This document shows, piece by piece, positions 24,538 through 37,400 of a DNA stretch of 64,000 bases. The position numbers and the translations under genes are program-made. The notes under the pieces are model-generated. The model made no database searches and was not told the DNA's origin. It was given only the letters and a program-made list of their open reading frames with translations. How positions within the stretch are numbered: position 1 is the stretch's first letter; every line of letters starts with the position of its first letter. This DNA is from Gordius albopunctatus. Taxonomy: Eukaryota. The stretch is from assembly GCA_964276515.1 (NCBI GenBank), contig OZ193910.1:1798001-1862000 (forward strand), read 5' to 3'.

Positions 24538-27500
24538 ATGTCGCGTCATAGGAATTTTAGAGGCAAAAATTTTGTGGATGGTATTTAGATTGCCACTTTT
24601 TTTAAGTTTCTTGTTAGAAAATGAAGATTTTGATGATGTTTACGGCCATAGTTATGAGGATAACGATTATTCTGTATCACCTGAAACAAGTAACTCCAAA
24701 TAGTTTTTATTATATTTTATAGGCTCTCAATTTATTATTGATCGCTCAGAAAATCTAATCCCTACTCTAATTATTAACAATAACGAAATTTCTAATTTTT
24801 CTTATGAAGAGCCTAATAAAGATTTTGACAAAGGTAAATATTAAATATATAAGATCTTATTTATAATATGATACATAAAGCCAAATTATACTCTTGTCTT
24901 GAAAGTATCCAAGATATTATTGGTGAAAGTATATCTGAAGATATTATTATTGCTCAAATCTTAAAGAACAATTTGGATAGTGAAAAGGCATTAGCTTCAT
25001 TATTATCTTCTAATGATAGCAAGTCACAATTAATTAGTGTACCCAAAGAAAAAGGTTTGTGTCTTAACCCTATTAAAATCTTTATTTAATTTAAAACCTT
25101 AAAAATAATGATATATTATATTATAAAACTACTTTTGGGAATTACTAATATTTTTAATAGAACACTCAAAGCCTTATGCTCCCTCACATACATCTTTTTC
25201 TAGCAATATCGCTCCAGAGAATTCCTTAACAAAATCAAACCTGGGATTAAGTAGACAAGAAAGATTTGCTAAACTATTTTCTTCATCAAACAATAGCAAT
25301 GCCTTTTCAAACTTGGAAAAAAAATCAGTGGAAACACCAGCAAATTGTGATGAAATTAAAAACAAAGTCCTTCCAAAACCTCCATTATTTTTCCCCAAAT
25401 TACCTTCTTTTAATTCAAATGTTCTTAAAAATCGGGAAACAACATCAGGTTTTAATTTTTTTTAAATATATTTGTTTTTTTTTAAATTTCTATACCTCAT
25501 TGATTAAAAACAAAAGGAATAAGATAATTGGAATTAATGTAATATCTTGTAAAGTAATAAAAATATCTTTTAATCAAAAAATTGGTTTTTTAATATTATT
25601 AATTCATTTCACAATTACATCTCATATATTAATTTATTGTAGCAAATTCTCCAAAAAATGTACCTAAATCATCTTTAATAAATGACAGTCCGAACATACC
25701 AACCACGGTTGATGATAAGATAGAAAGTGGAAAAGAGTATGAAGAAGAAATTGAAAGAAAGGAAAGGTTAAAAATTAAGCTTTTGAAAAAATATGCTTAC
25801 GCTAAAAAGCTCAAACAAATGCTTAAAATTCATGATTTAGAAGGCATCGAAATCAACAAGGATCATTCAAATAAAATTTTTATAAATCCTTGTCGCGTAT
25901 CTCCATCCGTATCGTCCCATCAGGCTGATATACTATTCCAAAATTCTTACGTACCACATGAACAATCCCAAGGCTTTGAGTGTTCTTCTCCGTCGTATTC
26001 TATATACGATAAATTAAATAACATATTAGCTCCCAATTTCGCCCAATACTCCTATACTGGTATTAGTTTTGAAAATACTATTTTGTCCCTTTTATATATT
26101 TATAGTTTTTGTTATTTTAATTGATCAAAATTTAGAATAAAGTTGTAATATTTATTTTTTGACATTTTGAAACATTTAATGATGTTTTAGACCCTACTTT
26201 GAATGTGAGGTCCACACCAGAACTCTTCAACAAGCATGCCAAAGAGTCTAAAGAAAGGCTTGATACAAAAAACTTAATTTCAGATGTAGAAAAACTGACT
26301 TTAGGTTAGTAAAATATTTACTCTTTGTTAATTAAATCAGCAAGTATGAGTTTTTCTTGTTTTTTGCTATCATTATATTATATGGAATCTTTTGTCATTT
26401 GTTTTTTTCCTCGCTTATGATAAAATTAAAACTTTTAATTATTAAATCTTAAATTAGTTTAGATAGTTAATTTGTAAGTTGCCATGATTTTTAGGGGATA
26501 AAGCAAATTTAGAACTTAAATCGCCTCGCCCCCCAAAGCTACCGAAATCGGGTTCGTCCGCGACTCAGCTGATTAATAGCCCTGCACCTGCAGTCAAGTT
26601 GTCGAACGTCCCACACAAGGTGGCGGTCGATAAATTCGACATAGCGAAAGAGTTTGCGAAAAAACGCGTCGAAACGGGCGATAATGTACTCAACGTTATA
26701 GTCATAGGTGCCCATTGTAACCATTAAACTGTTTTTAAAAAATTAAATTTAATTCGGAATTTAGCGTATTTTTAATTAAAAATGTCATCTCTTAATATTA
26801 AGTTTTATGATTTTGAATTTTCTTTTCTAGATTCGCGCAATCGATTATTGGTTTAACATAAAATGGGATATTTTATCTTTAAATCGCTTAAGTATGTTTT
26901 AAAAAATCCCAAAATTGTAATATTTTTTTGCAGCCATAAAAATTAAATTTTATTTTTTAAAAATGGGCTAATTTATGTTTTATCAAAAAATTGCACTATA
27001 AATCTATCTCGTATTAGAAAATGAAAAAAACGATGCTTAAGACTTGGCAATCATATCAAAATATACTTGGCAATTTATAATTTCCCCCAACAAATTTTGG
27101 GATTAACAGGACACGTAGATGCTGGAAAAAGTACTCTGATGGGTCATTTGCTGTACTTGAGTGGGAACGTGTTGAAAAAGGCGATGCACAAAAACGAGGT
27201 TGAATCAAAGAAAGTTGGCAAAGGCTCATTCGCGTACGCTTGGGTTTTGGATGAAACTTCTGAAGAAAGGTAACATTTTGGATTTTGACCAACAAAAATT
27301 AATCTAATTTTGCATTATGACCCCCCCCCCCAAACTTCAAATTGCACTTCTATATATTAATTTTGTAAAAAGGCGCCTGGGTTTTGTTTGATCGAAAAGA
27401 TTTTTGGTCTCTGTTTTCCTATTTGACCACTGGGCTTGGTCGAAATTTGTAAAAAAGACCAGATTGGACCGTTAATCTTATTTGCCACGGGTCGACCAAT

Positions 27501-30500
27501 CATAACCCAGACGTCTTTTTACAGCACTAGTTAAAATATTGGCTCGTCCAACTTTTAAAAACTATTTGTGATTTGTAGCAACCGCGCGCCGATGAATGCC
27601 TGTTTGTGTGAAATAGTTAATTTTAAAATTGCAAAATATTTTTTGAAAATATATAAATAAATATCATTTGACCAGGTCACGAGGTATAACTATGGATGTA
27701 GCCCAGAGAAGGTTGAAAGTGAAGGGGAAAGTCGTCAATCTAATAGACGCTCCCGGGCACAAGGACTTTATACCAAACATGATTAACGGTGCGCGCACAA
27801 ATGTTTTTTCTCATTTTTTTAATCACGTAGGGTGTCCAAAATTATCATCACTCGAGGGGGGAACAGCAATGTTACGACGCGTCTTTAGTTTAATCTCGCC
27901 TTAGATTTGTCTTGGAGACCTTTTTAGGAAGTTTTACATGAGGCAGGGAGGGGCAGTTGCCCCCCTATAAATCCAAAAATTTGCTAAAATTTACCACTTA
28001 AAGATAGTTTTTTAATAAAGTTTTTTTTCGCAAATTAGGTACATCTCAAGCCGAAGCCGCCATTTTGGTCGTAGATGCTACTAAAGGCGAATTCGAGACT
28101 GGGTTCGAATTGGGTGGCCAGACCCGTGAACATGCCTTACTAGCTCGGTCCCTGGGTATCCCATTTTTTACATCTCAATTTTAGGCCTTGATTTTAAGAT
28201 TTTTTGGCGTTTGCTTTGAATCATCTTTTAGGTTGTAGTATGGAATTGTTGCGTAAACATGGAAAAAAAAATAATTTTTCGTGCCATATTTCAAAATTTT
28301 TTTCACCCGGTCATTTATCAAATCCTAAATTCTTAAGAGGATTCTGATAGATATAAGGAGGAAATCATTATAATGATGGTTTTTGTTGATAGTTATCAAT
28401 TTTTTATCAATATTATAATTAGATCTTGTCAATATAAAGGCCAATGCATTTGTTGCCCAAAATGATAAAATTACTTTTATAATTTTTTCGACCTTGGAAT
28501 TCACAATGAATCATATGTTTCTGTAAATTTTTTTGTCATTTTCAGGTATATCTCAAATGGTAGTGGTCGTTAATAAGATGGACAACGTAGGCTGGAACGA
28601 GGAAAGATTCAGGAGCATAGTCGAAAGATTGTTCACTTTTTTGAAACAAATCGGTTTTAAAGATAAACACATCTGCGCCGTGCCGTGTAGTGGCTTGCTC
28701 GGTCAAAACGTGGCAGACCCGAGCCAAAACCCTCCTAGCCTAAACGCCTGGTGGAGCCCCGACCTCGCCAACACTTTGCTGGGCAAAATTGGTAACGAAC
28801 TATTTGCGAATCGACCCCATTTTGTGCGTTTCTCGTTGAATCTCCGTTTTGTATCGCTTTAAAACTCGGGGTAAAATAACCACATTCGAAATACGGAATT
28901 AATATGGGATTGGGAATTCAGGTATCAACGTTAAAATATCACGTTTACCAGTCTTCTTCTCCTTTATCGATTATTTGGTCCCACAGTCCTCCTGGGGTTT
29001 GTTTTGATGAGTCTCTTCCATCTTGATTGGGTAAGGGGGCCATGTCTTGATTGAACTTCACAGTCTTCATAACTTTGTCCACTTGGCCCCTTTCCACGTG
29101 ACTCGAGGTCGTCCTCTTCCTCTCTTCCTTCCCCGCTACCTCCATCCTCCACTACTTTTCGAGATTTACAGTTTATCTTCCAAATCACAAAGTTAAAGCT
29201 ACCCCCCCCCTAGAGTTGTTATATTTCTAACTTTCTTCAACTCCAGCTCCCATCTGCTCGAGTTTCTGCTCGGCCCTCGAGCATTTTTATATGCTACTGC
29301 TCCGCCTAGTGCACCAAACAGCGAGCACATATTGTGCTAACGCGCATATTAAGCAACTCGGTGTGCGTGCTCGCGTCTGGAGTTTGAAGAAAGTTAGCAA
29401 TTTAACAACTATACCCCCCCCCCCTTACTATTTTTAATTCTTATTATTCACCAAGTTTCGTATTGATTGCAATTGTGGGATCACTTACCTTTATTTGAGT
29501 TTTATTTTTCAACGTTTTATATACGTTAACAGTAGGTGGGCAAACTTACTTCCTTCGGAATTTGTTGCAAATTCCAAACACTATAAAGCTTATCGTCCAA
29601 AAGTCTAGCATGGCTCATCAAGGATTTTGAGGACAGAATTATGATATGGCCTAGGCGTTTTGTAATTACTTTAATTTATATCATTGGCACTCCGAGGCAT
29701 TTTTTTATAGCCTTCGACCACCTTTCATACATTGATTTCACTTGGCTCAGCTATATTCCATGCCTTAACCTTTAGTTAACTTAATACATTTTTTTGTGTT
29801 TGAATGTCTATGTTATATCCTCTCTATCAACTGCCTATCGTTGTAAAAACGGGGGCTGGGGGTTTTGTTTGCTCGACCTTTAGCCACAAACCAAAGGTTT
29901 TTTGCCCTCTTTTTCTTAGGCGCATAAATAAACCGAGGGTTTTACCAAAAAACCTTTGGTCTCCTTGAAATTTATTTTATCTTTTGCGCTAACAAAATGG
30001 ATCGAAATGGTTTAAAATACAGAAAACTTTGAGTTACCGAAAAGAGCGATTGACAAGCCTTACAGATTCGTGATTAGCGACGTTTACAAAAGCCCCGTCG
30101 GGTCGGGTATATGTTTGAACGGGAAGATGGAAGCGGGAGCTGTTAAAACCGGTGACAAAGCCATCATATTGCCCCCCAACGAAAATGCTACCATTAAATG
30201 TAGGCGTTTTTTACACGTAAATATAATCAGTATTTAGGAATGGCCGGATCAATTTTTTTCAAATAAAAGCTAGATTGAGAAATAACTAAAACTCGGATTT
30301 TTTTTTAAAATTATTATTAAAATAGTAAATAATTATAACAATCATATTTTAGAAGATTTTTACTCTCATAATTAATGTTATTAATTAAAAAATATGTAAT
30401 GATTAAACGTTCTTAGACATCTTTGATATGATCATATTATACACATATATGTAATCTCCCATGATTCAAAGCGCCAAGAAAGGTTCATAATGATTTGTAC

Positions 30501-32323
30501 AGTTTTGCATCTACGACTCTCGTTTTGAATCATATGTTTTTCAGACCTCGTTTAATATATAATTTAAATGGTGGCCCGTCAACTTGCCGAAAACCATCTT
30601 GCCGAATTGAATGTCCCAATGTTAAAAAATGCACCCCAATTAGAATGTCCCCTCACAAAAAAGCCTATTAATCATCCAATTTCGGATTAAAGTTAAGCTT
30701 TAGGTATTTTTTAAAATAAATTTGATAATTATTATAAAAGGTATTCAATCTAGGGCCTTCTTTGTGATAATGGAGAGATGTTAGTTAATGTCCCTGGCTG
30801 AATTCGGCAAGATGGTTTTCGGCGAGTTGATAGGGCACCAATTTAAATAGCATACATAATTATGTTAAAACAGCTAAATTACCGTTGTGAATGATCAATG
30901 ATAGTTAGCATGGTCGTCGCCAGCATTGGAATTAGAGGGGGGGCAATAATGATTTAGGGAAGGGCAAATTGATCATTTTTTCAAATTTTAGCCCCAGAAT
31001 TTTAATAAATTTTGGGGTCTAGAAGCTATTTTTTCGTTTTAGTCAACCCCCCGCCCCCCAAAAAAAACCCCTAAAAACGTGGGGAAATTTTTTGTATTAT
31101 ACCATTATTTAATAAATATATTTTTAGCCATCCGACTAGATGATTTAGACGAAGGCATAGCTTTCGCAGGTGACAACGCCACCATAATAGTAACGGGCAG
31201 CGACCTGTCTAACCTAATGTCTTCGGGTTCGGGTGGACTCGTCTTGTGTCCGGCCTCTGCTCCTGTCCCCTTGGTCTATTGCGTAGAAGCAAAGATAATA
31301 CTCTTCAACAACCTCGCGGTCCCCATAACTCTAGGCTTCAACGTAATTTTGCTAGCGAGGAATCGTAAACTATAGTGTCTGGTGCTTTTCAATCGCTTTT
31401 TCGAAATGATTGTTTATTTATTGAAAATTCGGAAATGCGACAATGATATAAGGAAAATAAATAAGGTATTTTTAAAATCAGGCTTCAAAATTAAACACTT
31501 TTTGCTTTTTAAGGTTACAAAAACTAGCATATTAGGCGACTCGAGTTTTTTTGTATTTGAAGTTTTTGCATCGGGCAAAAAAGAGGAATTTCGCTTTAAA
31601 ACTGAAAAACTATTACTTTTGCATATATTGTACAACCTATGCCGGTTGAGCTTTGAAAAATAAGGAAAATTCCTTTTTTGCAGTCCATATTTTCGAGCGA
31701 ATATCTGATGGTTGACCCATAAAACGTTTGGATTTACGATAATATACCCACCGTTAGAGTTGTTAAATTGCTAGCTTTCTTCAAACTCCAGACGCGAGCA
31801 CTCACACTGAGTTGCTTAATATGCGCGTTAGCACAATGTGTGCTCGCTGTTTGGCGCACTAGGAAGAGCAGTAGCATATCAAAATGCTCGAGGACCGAGC
31901 AGAAACTAGAGCAGATTGTAGCTGGAGTTGAAGAAAGTTAGCAATTTGACAACTCTACCCACCGTAATCAAATGTATACACTTTTCGAAACAATACTCTT
32001 CACCGGTGTCATGTCGCCTCTAGGCCGTTTTCCATTACCAAACCGCCAGCGAACCCTGCGTCCTCACCAAGCTCATTAGCCTGCTCAACAAAACCACTGG
32101 CGAGGTGGTTAAAAACAAACCGCGAGTCTTGGCTAAAAATTGTAGCGCCACCGTGGAAATAAGCTTTCAGAGACCTGTTTGCTTGGAACTTTATTCGGAC
32201 TGCAAAGAGCTGGGCCGTTTCACGCTTCGCCATTCTAGCGCTTCCGTATGTGCTGGGATAGTCACCAAGGTAGTACCATTTGAGTTGGCATTGATTTTGA
32301 AAGTTATTTTTTGTGGGTATTAG
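24538..32323 (+). CDS. HBS1L: HBS1-like translational GTPase (ribosome rescue), multi-exon
   Basis: N-terminus [20 protein letters not shown]-domain [59 protein letters not shown]-terminal [17 protein letters not shown]. Last codons may instead splice to GTT TAA at 32596-32601. Confidence 0.93.
29211..29413. mobile_element. hAT-like MITE with TAGAGTTGT termini (copy 1)
   Basis: tagagttgtt...aacaactata flanked by C8 on both sides; inverted relative to the copy at 31755. Confidence 0.8.
30570..30839. mobile_element. MULE-type MITE with ~38-bp TIRs and 9-bp TSD
   Basis: ggtggcccgtcaacttgccgaaaaccatcttgccgaatt ... aattcggcaagatggttttcggcgagttgatagggcacc; TSD aatttaaat at 30561-30569 and 30840-30848. 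Confidence 0.85.
31755..31957. mobile_element. hAT-like MITE with TAGAGTTGT termini (copy 2), 8-bp TSD
   Basis: TIR tagagttgttaaatt / aatttgacaactcta; TSD cccaccgt on both sides; a partial copy lies at ~62755-62928. Confidence 0.88.
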
Positions 32324-32477
32324 TCTTATAAAAACGACTGGGTTTTGTTTGGTCGACTTAACATAAATAGACCAATGGTTTTTGGTCAAACATTTGGTCT
32401 ATTTATACGACTAAGTCAAACAGACTAAAAAACCTTTAATTTGTGGATGTTAACCCAGCCGTTTTGTGCAACACTAG
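32321..32477. mobile_element. Abundant TA-flanked MITE family (GTGTTGTAAAAACGGCTGG termini), representative copy
   Basis: tagtcttataaaaacgactggg ... cccagccgttttgtgcaacacta; related copies near 9480-9595, 27358-27529, 38168-38377, 43521-43588, 52556-52675 and 57899-57948. Confidence 0.75.
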
Positions 32478-34433
32478 TGGGCATTATTTCGATTTTGGAT
32501 TGGATTTGGAATAAGTTTTTATGAACTTAAAAATGTTAGGCATTAGATCTTTACATTAGGTAATTTGTAATATTATATCTTGCTGACGTTTATAGGTTTA
32601 AGTTATGTGGGATCGCTTGGCTAAAATATCACTTTTATACGCTATAGTCTCATAGTAGTGGTGATATCCTGACTGTATTATGATGGCTAAAAAGGAATTA
32701 TTTACTATTGCTAAAGACGATACGTTAAAATGTGTCGATGATTTTCTTTTCCATAATTATTAAGATGTTTCATAAACTTTATTTATCATCTATGGATATT
32801 GATTGGCTTTAAGAATTTATCGATTAGATAAAATTGATCAGTGGTCAAAAAAATTATCATTTTAAAGCAGAGGAATGTTATCAAAATATCTTTTTATCGA
32901 TTTTTTTGTTACATAGATCGTACGTTGAAGAAAGAAAGCCCGTCTGCAATATATTTATTTACTCGTATACTCGAGCGAAACGAAATTGGGTTTATCAGTC
33001 ATTGTCTAATAAATTGCGTGGCTTCGATTGTGTTTTCAAATCATTAGTTTTTTTGAAATTGATCGATATGCCATAGATCAACCTTTTTGCCCCCTTAAAT
33101 TGAGATTTGTTATTTAAAACAGGCGGGCGCCCAGCTTAAGTTGATAGCAGGTCGCTAAAATCATGCTCCAATGTCCTTGATATAGTAGGCTTTTGTCAGT
33201 GGAAAGGTTTGATAATATTAAGGCTTAAATTGATAAAGGTCAAACATTATTTAATAAAACTATAAATCTCTTAAAAATATTTGGCAATAATTACTCTAAA
33301 AATATCCTAATATAGTAGGAGTAAAAAAACTTTATTCCTTACACGAGTTCATACACGTCCTCTAAAATAATTTTATCATTCACATTAATTTTGCCCTCGA
33401 ATTTAAATTTAAAATCTATCTTATCAACGCGCATATTGTACATTAAAAATATTTGGAGTAATTGTTGTTACAAAACAATTATGCAGAAAATAAGATTTTC
33501 GGGGCTAAATCAACCCTTTTTCAATTTTGCAACTTACTCTATAATTCTAGTGGGATCAATTCGCAATAATAACTTTAAATATATGCACGAATTAAGAAAA
33601 ACTAAAATAACGTTAATTCGGTAAATCTAAACAGAGTATAAACGGGTTCTCAAAAATTACCTAAATGTTTTTAAATACAAAATAAAACAGAACTAAGTGT
33701 TTCGATTTATATAACGATTATAGCGATGATCCACTAGCATCCCCAACATTTTCATGTAGTTTTAATTTAAATCTGATTGCTCTAATTTTGAAGCAAATCT
33801 AAATTTGGCTCTTGAAAGGTAAAATAAATCAACAAAATAATATTATTATATTTCACATATTAAGCTGAGATATAATAAATTTTACATTGAAGTCTACAAG
33901 GAACGATACAAATAATACATACAAAAATGATTTACAAATTTAGTTAAATTACAAGGAGAGTGAGTGTAGAATGACAAATTATACGACATTAATCTCTATA
34001 ATAAGTTTAAATTTATATAACTTAGTAACACACATTAAGTCTAATCTCTGAACTACACCAAAGGTTTCTTCAAGTTTCTGGCATAGCTGAGAGCCTGTTT
34101 TATTAAACATATAAAACACTTTAAAACAAAAATAAAAGCTAATATTTAAAACAAAACAAAAAATTGCTTAAAAACCTAGCTCGTTGCTAAGAGTTAACCC
34201 AAAAAATAACCATCATGATCCTTTGATGCTTTTTTTATTTCTTTTAAATTTATTCATATTTATGGGGGTATTTGTCATGATAAGTATCTGGAGGAAAACA
34301 TTATATAAAGCAAGCTCTAAAGCAAAAAATAAATCAACGTACAAAAATTACTTAAAATTAATAATTTCGCATTAAAACTCAAGTCAACAACTACCACTAA
34401 ATTTCCTATCTTAAAATAAGCTAGCTCAAGGTG

Positions 34434-37400
34434 TTACCAATTATCAAGCCGCAAGGCGTCGGCAAAAAGTTGATCTTTAAGACATTGGAGAGCTTTGATT
34501 TTAGCCAACCTTAGGACTTCGCTATCTTGGGCAGCCTCGGTCGGGTTTCTTTTTAAGCCTTTAGCCGGTTCGTATACTTTAACCCAATCCAAATACCCTG
34601 GATCCTCTAGGTGAGAATCCCGCTCTAGCAACGAATCTTTAGGAGCGTCCATTTTGAAATTTCCACCCCCAGCCTTGCACATCAACCTTTCTATGTACCT
34701 AAATGGCAATGTCCAAACACAATTTATGTAAACACCTTTTCATACACATGTTTAATAATGAGGCGGCATAGAGAAACATGGATTGATTTTGTTGTGGATT
34801 TTACAGCCTCCGCATTGATTTCCTGAATAATGTAAAAATATTCGTAGGGGTTGGTCGTGATCTCCATGATAATTTTTCATGCTAGTTAAAATAATTGCTT
34901 ACCCTCGGTGGCTACTACTAGAACGAAAGTGACTTGTAAAGTTATTTATATTTTAAGCTATTTGATTTAACAAATATAATCACACGCGTTTCAACGATAT
35001 TAGTTATATTGTTAGTACTTGGTATAAATGTCTGAGTGTCGCACGGTTTGCATGACTCTAGGAGGGGGCATAACGAACAAAGGTTTCGCACACGTCAAAT
35101 AAGAACCCTGGGCTTCACCTGAAATCACATATAATTATATTAATATTTGAGTTTTCAGGGGTAGCGAAAATGAGTAAAAGGAAGGGGGAATATGTAACAT
35201 TTAAAAAATGCTTTTAAAAGGACCGAAGTTGGGCCAGGCTAGAGTCGGGGCCCAAAAAAACAGTTTGGGTTCGAGCCCAGCTCAAACAAATTAAACTTAA
35301 AAATGGGTCTTTTTAGGAAGTCCATAAATTGCGTGACAATCAATAATAAGGTGTTGCCACCTTAAAGATCTCGTAAAAATTATATATAAATACAATCGCG
35401 ATTTTAATTCGCTGTTTAATAGAAAGGGTTTATTCGCTAAGTTTTAATAACATAAATTCCGGAGTTACTTCTCCTTTGGAGCCTAAAAGATTTTGGGGTC
35501 ACATAGACCTCGCTCCGACCCTTACCTTGCAAAGGAGCCGAGGGATCATAACCCGATATAGCTTGTTGCTTCGCCATCAGTAGCGCTTGTTGAGCGCCCG
35601 GAATTTGGGGCTGTTGTAAAAATGGTCTGGAACTCATATTGCCTATGTATAATTATAAAGATTAAAAGTGGGAAAAATTTATTAATCCTGGCCAAAAAAT
35701 TTATGAAAACTTATATTTTTAAATGTAAATAACAATTACACCAAAATAAGATTAAGTTGGTCGCTGGGTCCTGGTAAAGAACTTAACTTGTATAATGAAT
35801 GACGACGCACTCACTCATTTAAAAAGAATGTTTGAAATATCATCTAAAAATACCGGATAAATTTTGGGTTATAAGCTCGTTCCCAGCTCCTAGTCCATTT
35901 AGCTTGAAACGGGTAAATTGTCCGGTTAAAGGGTTAACAACACCCCCTTCTTGATAGGAAGGGAAGGCCGTGGGATATCGCGAGGTGCCATATTGTGACG
36001 ACGCAGTTTGCTGATTAAGACCCCCGTAGCCTCTGCAATCTACAGGGTCGAATCAAGCAGAGTGTTGACGAAAAAATTATTATAGTGGCGTTTGCATTAA
36101 TTACACGCTGCCTTCGATTTAGCTAAAACCTTTAATTATAGTCAAACAAAAAGTCGACATGCCAAATCGTTTGCGGATTCATGGTGGATATCGGAAGACC
36201 ATCGGGCTCGATGATTTGAGATGAGATTATCTTCATCCACAGGAATTCGACACATTTCCTATCAGATGTTTTAGGTATTTCTCCTAACTCTATGTCATAC
36301 ATATTTATAGATTTTTAACAAATGTGCCATAAATTGAGTTTTTTTACGAAATTTCAGAAGTTCGTGGGTTAAGTTAAATGTAACGACTGGGGGGGGGGGA
36401 AGTTGTGAGGAGTCCAAGCTTGAATTTAAACTTCAATTTTTTAATAATAATTAAATTAGGTGTCAATAAAGTATTTCCTGAATTTATAAATTAAAATAAC
36501 GAAACTAATATTCCGTAATTTAGGTGTGAAAGTTGTTACCATCATCATGCTTATATATAATATTAAAAGTTGACATCTTAAAATGGCAACCATATCGCAC
36601 TAAGTAATTTCGGGGGGGCATCTTGGACGACCCTATTAAACAAAAAGGAGGTCCACTTTGCAAAGCCATCTAAAATTTGGGGTCCAAGAAAGGCCCTTCA
36701 CCATTAAAGCTAATATTAAACCTTGACAAACGGAGTGTTGATGACAGAGATAAGGTTTTTGTTTAAATAGAAGATTCATATTTTAGTTAGATTAACCAAC
36801 TATCAAAAGATATTTAATTAAAGCCAAATAATAGCTATTTTCAAGATGGCTGCCCTAACCAGGCTTATCCGGTCTCCCGTAGCAACGGTCACGTGATTGA
36901 GAATTTTGATCACCCATCAGTGATTGGCTGTTGGAGGAACGACTTTCGGCAATCGGAGCGGTCGCATCCTGCGATTGGTCCATGCGGAAAAAGAGCTGAG
37001 AATTGGAATTATTAGAATCGACGTCATCCAAGGATCCTTGTTTCCTCGAGGAACGCACAAAATTCCTGTAAATACAAAAAAGTATATAAACTTGATATAC
37101 TTAACCAAATTTCCAGACACATTAAATTTTCGGCGCAAATCCAATTTTTAAAACCTAAATTCTTTAAATTTCACGACATCCCCAAATTTGACAATGTTAA
37201 AATTAAAATTTGGTGTGTTAAAGAAGCGATATTACGTTAAAGTGTTACTCCTTTAGCATTAAGCGTAAAAATTTCGAAGTACACAATATTACCCTCACAA
37301 AACACAAACTCCGTACAAAAAAGCATTTTTATAAAGATACCTAATAGAATAGAATAGAGCTTGGCTGCATGGGCGTAGCCAGCATTGGGAATAGAGGGGG

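Noticed and set aside
25642..26124. SKI7-like alternative HBS1L isoform exon
   Set aside because: The exon splices in frame into the GTPase part and I could not see a convincing exosome-binding motif.
28945..29188. Purine-rich minus-strand ORFs in an HBS1L intron
   Set aside because: Low complexity, no domain; probably a decayed repeat.
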